Below are positions 1 through 11,570 of a stretch of 64,000 nucleotides of DNA, piece after piece. Every line of letters starts with the position of its first letter. Positions within the stretch are counted from its first letter, which is position 1. The translations under genes and the position numbers were made by a program. The stretch spans positions 10,168,001-10,232,000 of the forward strand of contig CP075495.1 in the NCBI GenBank assembly GCA_021613535.1, read 5' to 3'. The notes beneath the pieces were generated by a model, which did no database searches, was not told where the DNA came from, and saw only the letters and a program-made list of their open reading frames with translations. This stretch comes from Adineta vaga. Lineage: Eukaryota; Animalia; Rotifera.

Positions 1-359
1 GTTTGTGATCTTTAAAAACATTAAGTGCACAACATAAACAAAATACACACATGTTATAGAAACATAAAAAGCAATTCGAATAGGAAAAGAATATTTCATA
101 GCATGTATCGGAATGAAACAGCATAGAGATATTTCCACATGTTCATCAACTTTGAAGAAGTATTAAACTTCTTCTATGAAGTACATACTGATGTTTAAGA
201 TTGTATTTCTACAAAGATACATCGAAGGACGAAAGACAATATGCTGCTTTATTCTTTCTCATGCAATATTCATGCATACAAACAAAAAGTATATCAAAGT
301 ATATTAACTAATGAAAGCAAATTGTGAATCGCTTTTGTTTTCTTTTTATACTAACATAC

Positions 360-1419
360 CGTTTAATCTGATTTCTTCACCATCGTCAACATCATCATCA
401 ACACTAACTGTTGTTGTTACACCGGGGACTGTGTATAATGTTTTCGTTGATCGATTTACTAGTACTGAGTGAGTAGAAGTTGCAGTAGACGGACGTGATG
501 TATTTGGACTATTTCTCTAAGTAAATGAAAAAAAAACGAGACAACAACACCAAACATAGATTAGAAAAACTCTGTTCGATCAATCAAATCTTACGGATGT
601 TACTTTTTCATTTGATGTAATTCGAATTGTACGTAATGGTTCAGCTGTTGGAAATGCTGTAGAACGATTATTACCATTGAATACTGTTGGTTCACCATCA
701 TCGGGATGAAATGAATTATTATCAAATCCTATCAGGCGACAATAAGGTATCATGAAAAAATAAGAACTATATCAAAGCTTAACAAAGATTAATCTGAAAA
801 GCTCAATTAAGTTCGTTCTCTTTGGAACAATGAATATAGAAAAATAGTCTATTGTTTACCGTAGGATAAGAAGAAGTAGTAGAAAAAGAAAAAAGAAGAG
901 ACTAGATAATTAATAGAGAAAATACTGAGAAAATGAGATGGAACATGAGCTTCGTTTATATTCCGCTCTAACTAACTTGAAATAAAAGAAACAGAGCACG
1001 TTTAATACCGGTTTTTTTTATAGAAAAAGAAAAGAAGATTTCTTTTTTTATATTCTTATTCTATAAAGAATATCTACATTAGTTTCTCGATGAATTATAA
1101 AGGAAAGCAATTGTCAGCAATTTATCTTACCTTTTATATCATCCGGTCCAGATGAATCCGTTCGATGAGGTGTACGACGAGTACGTAAATCTCCCGCACG
1201 TTTTATTGCTTCTTGCTAAAAGAAAAAATAAATCCAACTAGGAAGACATTGATTGGATTTATATATGTATCAATACTTTTTGACGTATTCGACTTTTATC
1301 AAATTTTTGATATGATGCTAACGAATTTTGATCATCATCATCTGATATTCTAAAGAAAAGAATTAAATCAAACAAATTTTATGAATTAACTATCATAGTT
1401 CAACTTACTGTCCTGGCAT
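360..1419 (-). CDS. Partial multi-exon gene of unknown function; the 3' end could not be traced and may run off the left edge
   Basis: Phase-compatible GT-AG exons at ~1409-1419, 1277-1349, 1131-1216, 595-728 and 360-516 give MPGQISDDDDQNSLASYQKFDKSRIRQKQEAIKRAGDLRTRRTPHRTDSSGPDDIKGFDNNSFHPDDGEPTVF...; low-complexity, no recognised domain. Confidence 0.55.
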
Positions 1420-2584
1420 TGTGAATTCTTCATTATTGTGAAAGATTATAAGGATATCTTTTCTTTTGCTTCTCCTATAATATCATCTAGAAGGAAAATA
1501 TTCGATGAAAAGTGTAGTATCAGAAGAAAAAACATGGCTGGTCATCAATTGTAATACTTTTGTTTTCAGGTTAAGTACTTGTTGAAAACAAGATAGTAGT
1601 CATATCGAAATAAAGAAACAAAGTAATGTGTGTATATGTTGTATTTCTTTTTGCTTCTTATCATATGATTCTTCTTTCGCTTCGTTGCCGATGCCAACGA
1701 GTTAGTATGATGTTTCAATCATAACATTGATACATCGATGAAAGAAGACGAAGAAAAAAAATCAAGATAAAAAGAATTTCAAAATGGTAATGATTATCAT
1801 TCATTTATAGACCAAATGAAGAAAAAAATACAAAGAGAGAGAAATGACCGATTTGATTAAATAAAACTAATACAATTAAACTCAGTGTACAAATAAAAGC
1901 TCAACTCATAACTGAATTTTCTACCGACATCATTAGATTTTTATTCCTTCTTCTATCTGTTGTTATTGTTGTTTTTTTTCTCTCTCTCTCTCTCATTTTT
2001 TTTTGTATTTCTACAAGTGTTCTTGTCACTGACAGACGATATGTGAAGATAGAATGGAAAACGATGTTCTCTGTTTTTCTCGAGTTTTTTTCCTTTCTAT
2101 TACGAACTACTAGTAGATTTATTTTTCTCTCTGCAGTTTTTTTTTCATTAACCATCTGGAAGAAGAAAAAAAATAATATATTATGAAAGAAGAGAATTAA
2201 TCAAAGAAGAAAAAAAGCTGACATAAAAGGGAGAAAAAAAACCGTAGGAATTCTGCCTATGGAATCAGACAAACAACTAGGTTAGATAAAAGAAGAAATA
2301 TATTCAAATCCAAAAAGATTTTGAAAAACGGATGTGTTGCTTTCATTAAATAAAGCATATACTAGTCAAGACAAGATGTCATCTAGTTGATTTGAGAGAT
2401 AGTTATCTATGAGTCACTTTTTTTTTAATCAACCATAAGCTTGATTGTTACTAAGCGACCAACCTTCAATATGATTTAGATTGAAAAATTACAAAAAGAA
2501 GCATGTAAATATGATGAATGATGTCACTAAAGGAAACTTTTGACAGAACAGAATATCAATAAACATATTTCATTTTGAGTTTCA

Positions 2585-4104
2585 ATGTCATCAATGAACT
2601 TATTATCAACATCGAACGAAATAAATTCATTCTCAGGAATTGACGTAATTGTGAAAGATGTTATTCCACATTCAAAAAGAGATGAAATCGATGAATACAA
2701 TTGTGTATATACTTGTACAGCTTGTCCAACTCTATTCGATTGGTGTGTAAAAGATGCATTTGGTATATCATGCAGTTTTACAACATGCTTGCTATTTCTT
2801 TACGGACAATTTGTAATGATCTTTGTTATTTTATTGCCAAATAGCTATTCATTCGTAAATTATATTCATTTTGTTCTACTTCATTGTCTTGAATTTCTTG
2901 CTTTATCAGCATATTATCGAACAATGTTTTCCAATCCAGTATGTATGTAATCGTCAAAGAATCATTCTATTAGTTTTATACTGAATATTCAGGGTGCTAT
3001 ACCATTGAATGGCGCTACACTAGAAAAATTATCAAGCTATGGTAATGGTGCAACCATTTATCGATGTACAGTGTGTCAAAGTATAAAACCACCACGAGCA
3101 CATCATTGTAGGTATTGTCATTTGTAATCTTTATCTCAATAAAAAGTATTGTCAAATATCATATTTGACTTCAAGTTAATGTATTCAGTTCATAATCAGG
3201 GACAATAGAATTTTTTCTAGAGCTGTTTTTTCTTTCTTATCTGCTTAGAATCTGTCAACGATGTATAAAACGAATGGATCATCATTGTATGTTTGTGAAT
3301 AACTGTGTTGGACAAAATAATCAGAAATATTTTATCCTTTTTACGGTAAGAAAATGTTTCTATTATAAAATTTAATACTTAGATTAAAATCATGACTTTA
3401 ATTTGAAAGAAAGAATTTCTAACAATTTAATTTCCGTCTGTGCCCCTAACCTTGTTTACAGAAGGAATATGTACTCAAGAAACTGTCTCAGTACTACGAT
3501 CGCTCATAGATCAACTCTACTATATCCACGAGACTAATTTGTATCCGATTGATTCAATATATACGAATCATTAAAACAACATGATAAGAAATATGCGTTT
3601 CTTTAATATTGTAGTTTTATACATCCGTCGTATCTCTATATACATTAATTGTTCTCTACAAACATTTAACTAATTGTATAACATCAAATTGGACTGGTAC
3701 GTTCCTGAATAAGAATTTATATGTATATCATTGTTTTCATTATTTTATAGTCTGTCCTGCTTGGTCACCACCGATGACATTTCTCTTTGTTATACTACTT
3801 GGTTTAGAATCATTCGGCTTTTTTGTATTCACTGCTGTTATGACGGGCATACAATTCTACTGTATATATACGGAGACAACGGTATTCTCTTCATAATCAT
3901 TGTAAAATTATATTGTTTAAATATTCATTTCAGGGCATTGAATTTTTCAAAGGTAAACGAAAAGTTTCTCATCGATCGAATTCATTTGTTTCATCATTGA
4001 AAATTGTCTTTGGTTCGCAAATTGGTCTTCAATGGTTAAATCCATTTTCTCGACCTGTTGATTATATAACTCAGAATGATGAACATATTACATTTGATAT
4101 TTAA
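2585..4104 (+). CDS. DHHC palmitoyltransferase, ZDHHC3/ZDHHC7-like (about 6 exons)
   Basis: [13 protein letters not shown]-terminal motif; MFSNP-GAIP; [44 protein letters not shown] Cys-rich domain; C-terminal GIEF...[12 protein letters not shown]. Confidence 0.9.
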
Positions 4105-4205
4105 AAGAGAATATTTATTTTCCGTCAAATAGCAAGTAATAAATAAAAAATATGAACACAAAGAATTATGTGAATTTATTCCTTTTTTTGTTTTCGAATC
4201 AATCT

Positions 4206-6767
4206 TTATTTCAGTTTGTTAATATCATTTGATATATTTGTTTGAAATTTTTTTAATGCATCAAATACAACACACATGTCACCTTTCAAATCTGAGATAA
4301 TTTGTGAAACATGTTGTGTACTGGAAATAGTCTCAATACTTTGATTATAAGGATTAAATCGAATAGCAAACGGACGTTTGATTGATAAAGCAAATTCTCT
4401 ACGAGAAAAAACAAATAATCTATTAGATAAGAGATAAATTTTTATCAGAATATTTACCTCATCTTTTCTTTAGCTTCAATAAAACTTTCTGATACGAAAT
4501 ATTGATCTTGATATGTTGTTATCAAACATGTTTGTTTACAAACTACATCCGGATCAAATGGAATTTTTTTTGCTTTATCACTCAATGCATGTTCCAATTC
4601 AGCACAGGATGATAATAACCCAGCACCATACGCTCGAAGACCATTATTTTGACGACATAAACCAAATTCAATTGTGAAAAAATAACACTAGAATAATTTG
4701 AGAATGTATGTAATAATCTTCTATGATCTTATCTCTTACTGTTGCTAAGCGATTGATATCCTCTTCGGATGCACCAATAGCAGCTAGACCAATTTCATGC
4801 GAAAATTGTGCAAAATTTGGATCGGCTAATAATGGAATATGACCCAATAATTCATGGCAACAATCCCTATAAAGAAAAAAAATAACATCAATTTGTTTTA
4901 CATTAATTTTAAAACAAAACTTACGGTTCAGGTGTATACGATGGATCCGACGAATGTCGTATATATTGTGTACAATGAAATACACGAAATGCTAAACCAT
5001 AGAGAAAATCTCGTGGTGATAAATAACCAGCAACAGGCCGTAAAGTAAAACCAGTTCGTTCACGAAGAAAACATGATATATCTTCTAATTGAGGTATATT
5101 ATCTTCTCTAGAAAAGAAGATGATAACATGCAAATAGAATATACTAATTTAAAAGAGTTTAGCCGTACCTGAAACCACATTTTTCTCTTAATAGGGGCCA
5201 ATTAGCCAAATATTCATTGCATGCATGTGTTGGATATAATTTATTTAATTTTCGAAATACGACACCCCATGTTTCAGTTTCTTCTTTGGTATATTCAACA
5301 CGTGGAATAGGTTCTCCACTAAACAAAAAACAAATGTGAAATTAATCAATTGTATTCTCAAAACTCAAAGAAAAGACAAGCAAATAACTTACTGTTTGTA
5401 TGCCATCGCTACATCATGAAAATACATTCGACGTGCTCTATAAACTCGATCAGTAAAGCCCTAATAAACAAATGAATTATAGATTGATTTTTACAACTAA
5501 AACAATTTCTCTACCGGATGATCAGCATCAAGATCTGCTCCATAAAGAAGAACTTTAATTGAACATTGGTCTAAATCAGTAATTCGCCGTGGAAACCAAA
5601 GTATTTCTTCTGTTGCAACTAAACAAAAAAGAATTATATTCTTTTCCAATGTAATTATTTCATACCTTTTCCTTTCTTATGTTTTTTCACTTGTGTTTGT
5701 ATTTTTTCGAAATTTTCTCTCGAAAAATCGTCATCAGTGAAACTTTTTCGTCGTGTAAAAGATTTCTTTTTTTCTTGAACAGAATCAAACATTGATTGAG
5801 AACGATTATATCCTGTAAATTTTGATTTCGGTTTTTGAACATCAACACCTGCCGGATAAATCCATAAATCATCATCTCGAATGACAACAATTGAACCTGT
5901 TTTTGAACTAATTGATTGTTCATCATCACTACTCATATTATCATCAAAAGAAATCGTCGAATATGTTTGTTCAGTCAACATTGGTGCAGTTGGCATTAGA
6001 AAATTTGAAACTGGATTACGAATAAAACCAGGAATCGTTCGATTGTATGTTGTGACAGACGTTTTTTCAAAATCAAGTGATGACCAAGATGATGAGGGAG
6101 AATCCATAATTGATGTTATACGTTGATTAGATGGATGTTGACAATATGTACGTAAACAACATTGATCAGTCAATGTTAACGAATCGTTTGTTGATGAGAT
6201 TTGTTTTAGATTATCAACTAATTGATTTAATGACGAAAGATTTTCCTTTAAATTAACTATTTGTTCTTGTAAATTTTTGATAGTTAATGATGATGGTGTA
6301 TCAATTTTTTCAAGATCTTGAATATTACGTATCATATTAATCCAATCATTACTAACGAATAATGGTAAATAAGAAAATAATTGTTTTGAATGAATCATTT
6401 GAATAATTGTTAATAAACATGACGAATCATGTAGATCATCTAAGCATTGTTTAAGAATTTCATAAATATGATGATCGAAATCAGAATTTAATATTGATAA
6501 AGAATAATGAAGAACATTTTGAAGATTATAATAGGCTTGTTCTAATTGTTTATATGTAAAATAACGTTTTAAATTATCTTCGATTTCATTGAATGAACCA
6601 TGATCAATAACATTTGATAAATAACATAGAACAGTATCATAACATAAAATAGATGATGATGAATCATTTGTTAATGAAATATATAAATGATGTTGTAATG
6701 CATTTTGTAATTGCGTTGAAGATAATAAGGAAATATCCAATGAAGATTTTTGAAACATGATTTGCAT
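4206..6767 (-). CDS. TPH: Tryptophan hydroxylase-like aromatic amino acid hydroxylase with an atypical ~367-aa N-terminal extension
   Basis: [50 protein letters not shown] (Fe ligands), [11 protein letters not shown] and YGAGLLSS. The GYLSP and YFFT variants are TPH-type rather than PAH/TH-type. The first exon (5666-6767) joins in phase 1 across a 47-nt intron (5619-5665). Confidence 0.9.
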
Positions 6768-7700
6768 ATATGAACTTCAAATGATGTGAAATGAAATTAG
6801 AAAGAGTAGTATTGATATTTTTGCACTAGTATTTATATGTACTCGTATGAATGAGACAAAAGATAGAATATGAATCACTCGGTTCTAAACTTTTAGAAAT
6901 GATCATTCCTGTAAGTTCTAAATCGAAATTCGGTAGAAAGAGAATAGCACTCGTATATACAATTGATCATCACTGTTCCATGCCGTGACGGCGTGATGAT
7001 TTTCTATGAGTAAAAAAGAAAATTAAAAATCAACTATGCGACAGCTGTTTCATTTTCAAACATGTAAGTACAAGTCGAGAATTAAACCTTTTTTGTCTGA
7101 TGTACTCAGTGTTTTTTTAATCATAATTTTCATCTCATTATGCTGCTTATTTTTGTTAGCCAGATTCGAATGGAATATTTAATGAAAATGTTTCTACTTG
7201 ACTAAAAAAGAGACTTTGTTCTTAAAGGATATATACTAATATAACCTGTGTACTTTCGCACAATAAATGAAGATTTTATGAATTGTATTGGAATAAAAGT
7301 AGATTATTCCAGCTGATACTTCTTTTTCTTTCTCTCTTTGAATGGAATACTTTATTGTCGATCTATTGTTAGTTTAATGTGAAATGGTAATGACATTGGC
7401 ATGTTTACTTTGGCGTTCGTTTCTTTCACAAAAAAATGTTTGGAACGAAATTCGAAAGATGAAACTTATCGTTTCGATGCTTTTATTGATTGTTAAATTA
7501 GAATGCGATCTTTAAAAACGAAATCAAATTTGAAATACTACTGTGTATCAATGGTCACCTTGTATGTTATAGAGATGAAATTTCTATGCGTTGTATTCTT
7601 TTTTAATTAGGAGATGAATCATTCAGAGTAATCGATTTAACAAATGAGTAGTAACGATAAATTTTTCATGTCATGAAATAGTATTGATCCATCCACAGAA

Positions 7701-10700
7701 ATGGATCAACTATATTTTCTTCTTAATGAAAATTCGTTTTCACCAAATTTAACTATCACTGAAGATAATAGATTCAAACGAATCAATGTTGTTATGGAAG
7801 CAATCGATAATGATCTTTTGAAAAAAGAAGAAGACGAACAACAACCGCAACAATCATCATTTCCATCATTTGATTTTAAACAAACTAACACAATTACTAC
7901 AACCAATACATCAGCATTAGTCGAAAATTTTACTGATACTTCATTAACAGAACAACATACTCGTCGAACGGTAACATTCGATGATGATCACAGTTTTGTT
8001 CCTTCGATCTTAAATTTACCTATACATACAACAAATATCACATCTCGATTGTCGAATCGTGATCCAATTTTAAATGAAGAGCAACAGGAAGACATGATTA
8101 ATCGTGTACGCTCATCGAATATTCCTAATGAATCTGATCAAATCAATGTTATCACGCAAGATTTGAGTAATCTTGTAAGTAATCAATACTATTATCAGTC
8201 TCTAATCCAAACAACATAGAGAATAACATTAGTTTTACATTTCTACCAAATGTTTTTCTTCAAAGGCTACTGAAGATGAATATATTCCAGGTGGCTTTGT
8301 AAATCTTGATCAAGATTTAGAAGAAGAATTATTAAATGATTTTGATGATGAATTCGATGATGGAAATATTAGACGTAGTCGATATATATCATCACTTCGT
8401 TCTAGTGATCCAGTTCTTACTATAATTCGATCGCCAATCGAACTGTGGCAACGTGCACGTATTCTCATTGCAATTCATCTCCATAAAGTATCCGTATTCA
8501 TTGATATTTATGCCATCCTTTTGTTTTTTGTTTCGGTTTATTCCATTGATATGTAGATACAAACTAGAATATCTAATGCATATGATAATACAATTCCTGT
8601 ATCGGCTATAATTGATACATCAATCAGGAAGATATCTGATGAAAATAAGCCATCGAATAGTATTAATGAAACGGATTATCTAGAAAAAATTTTTCAACAA
8701 AAAAATAATTCAGAAGATCGAAAGATTACTTTTGGTCTTATAGTTATTAAACAATTCTCCCTTGATTCATCTCAACAGTATCAATACGTAGACTTTTATG
8801 ATGTTGAACAAGGATATATTATCATTTCCAACGTACTTGATAATTTCAAAACAGAAGAAGTTTCACTACATAGTATATCAATTGTTGATAATAATCTAAT
8901 ATCTATGTTTATGAAATAACTTTTAGAAAAAGATGTTACATACAGATCATTGACACAAGATAATTGTAAATTACATGTATATGCTATTGATCGGAAATTA
9001 TTGAATGAAATACCATCAGTACAATTGGATTGTTCTTTTCAATTTGATTTTATGATTTGTATACCTATTTTTCGTCTTATACTCGGTTTTATGAATATGA
9101 AAAATCACAAATCATTGATGATTCTAATCGGTGATGTTTCTCGTAAATGTATATTTCTATCAAAACAAGAAATATCCGAACATATTCATAGTGTTCTATA
9201 TATTCACGAAATTTCATTACTTTTTATTGGTATGTAAAATGGCGTAAATGGCGTTTATTTTTTCTATAACCATCAAATTTTTTAGGTTGTATAGGCCGTA
9301 TATTGCAATATAATACTCAATCACTTCAATTTATTTCTCAACCGATATTTACATCTGAACTTCCACAATTACCATTTCATTCTCATGAATCAATTCTACA
9401 TATGTGCGATATACAATCACATCGATCTATTGGTCTTCTATCCAGTCGATATTTTCTCGTTTGGCAATATGCACCAAATGAAAAATTACTATTGAAATTC
9501 TGTAATTCATTTCAATATGATTTTAATCGTTGTCATCATCATTCGAAATTTGATTATTTAATATTTGCATTGATTGATGGAGTTATTTTAATTTATCAAT
9601 TTGAACAAATGAAACGAATTCGTCGTTATCAATGTCATTGGCAACTGATCACCGATTTAAGAACAACTCAAAATTTTCTTCTTTCTTCATCAATGGATCA
9701 TCGAATTAATGTTTGGAATTTAGGTTAGAATACAAAATTCAATCGTAACTTGATTGATTTTTATTCGAAAACTTTAGAAACTCTTCAACATATATATCAA
9801 TACAATACTTCAAAAGAAATCTTTCAAATTGATATCATTCATGAAAATTTATTTTATTATCGTACTTTACAAGAGATTATTCTCTTTCAATTAAATTTAC
9901 ATACAGTATTATTTTCAGTAATTAAAACTAAAGTTCGAACATTGAAATTATTTAACGATACACAAAAAATTGCACGAATTCTAGCACTCTTAGATGATTA
10001 TTCATGTGTACTTATACCAATTACTGGCTGTTGTCTTACACATGTACCAAATGTAGCAAAAAAACCAATCAAACAAGTTTTACATGATATTAGTAGGTAA
10101 GAATACAAAAACAAAATCTTAATGTTTGAAATATGATTAGATGAGAACTTCTTATCAAATTTATTCCATATAGATCAAGTATTTATTCACTTCATTTCGA
10201 TGGTGAAATAGTTCTTTATCGTACTCATAATGATCCATGTGTAGCAGAATATAAAATACAAAGTAAATCAGAACAATCTACAATAACTTGTATGACATTA
10301 ATTAATCCCATGCGGACACATTTATTCAGTTTGGGTGCAATGGAAATATCTACAGAAAAATCACTTGCAAACCAAGCGATCTTTTTCGGACATTCTAATG
10401 GTTATATATCACTTTTTCAAGGTGATTCTTTAACTATGGAACCTATATTAGCACATAAAACTTCACTCGTATGTCTTGAAACATCACGAGCTAGTATGCA
10501 AATGTCAAATATTTCATTTACCAATAGTGAAATTCTCCTATCATGTAGTATAGATCGAAGTATTTATTTATGGGATTTAAATATAAATAAATCTAATGAA
10601 TCAATTCAATTAATTCATATCATAACAATTGAACAAGAAAAAAATATTTCATTAGAATCTATCAAATTTCTAACAATGATTGATAATTTTCTTGTTGCGA

Positions 10701-11521
10701 ATTATTCCGATCAAAAATTTCTTCATATTTGGCAATTATTAAATATATCTATTCAAACAAACGATCGAGATCGTTGGGGTATTGTTGAACATCCAACAAA
10801 AGGTAATCATCATCATAGTCAAATACAAGGTAAAATTAAAAAGTGATTCCACTAATTTTCTTATTCGAATATTCCTATTTTCTAAAGCAATATCTGCAAT
10901 ATCAAAATTAAAATTATTTGCTTCATCAGATAGTGAAGGTAATATTAAAATATGGGATAATACAAATAGTTTATTGCGCGAAATACATCTTGATTCAACA
11001 CTTCATACTATCGAATTCAATTCACAAAACGGAGAATTAATAATTGCTTATCAAGATAATCTGCATTTGATTTTATTGGAGAATTATTTAATCAACACTA
11101 AGAAATTCAAAGTTAAACAACAGATGATTGTTGATTGTATTGCAGAAGATAATCGTTTAGAAGTTACTCCATCATTAATAATACCCTATGAATCATTACC
11201 ATTTTTTGATTATAAAATTAAACATCATCATACAAAGAAGCGATTACAAAGATTTGAACGACAATTAGCAGGTTAAGAAAATATCCATTGTTTTTTTAAA
11301 AATTTCATCATCAATGATTTTACTAAGATTTCTTTTTTTTTCTAGGTCGTTTTGTTGTAATCGACAGTCAAAGTTCTCAATCCGATGATGAAAATACTTC
11401 ATCATTAACTACTGATCGTTTATCAACTATAAGCGATGATGATAATTGGTCAAACTTAGCTGATGACGTTAAAGATATATTGCGAATGAAAAAATATGAA
11501 ATTCGAAAAGAAAATAAATAG
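7701..11521 (+). CDS. Multi-exon WD40-repeat protein (WDR87/WDR97-like; family assignment tentative)
   Basis: WD repeats: LLSSSMDHRINVWNL, LLSCSIDRSIYLWDL, LFASSDSEGNIKIWD..LLREI; about 9 exons with short GT-AG introns; stop TAG at 11519-11521. Confidence 0.75.
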
Positions 11522-11570
11522 CTTAAACAACAGTTTATGTATATATATATATATATATTTATCTTTAATA

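Noticed and set aside
1901-2155. Short ORFs in intergenic or antisense positions (also 19666, 31189, 37805, 40741, 41170, 48346, 52738, 53951, 61059, 61201)
   Set aside because: Low-complexity AT-rich chance ORFs or shadows of real exons
5655-6767. 370-aa ORF as an independent single-exon gene
   Set aside because: Its stop lies within a 47-nt GT-AG intron that splices in frame to TPH, and TPH has no other nearby start
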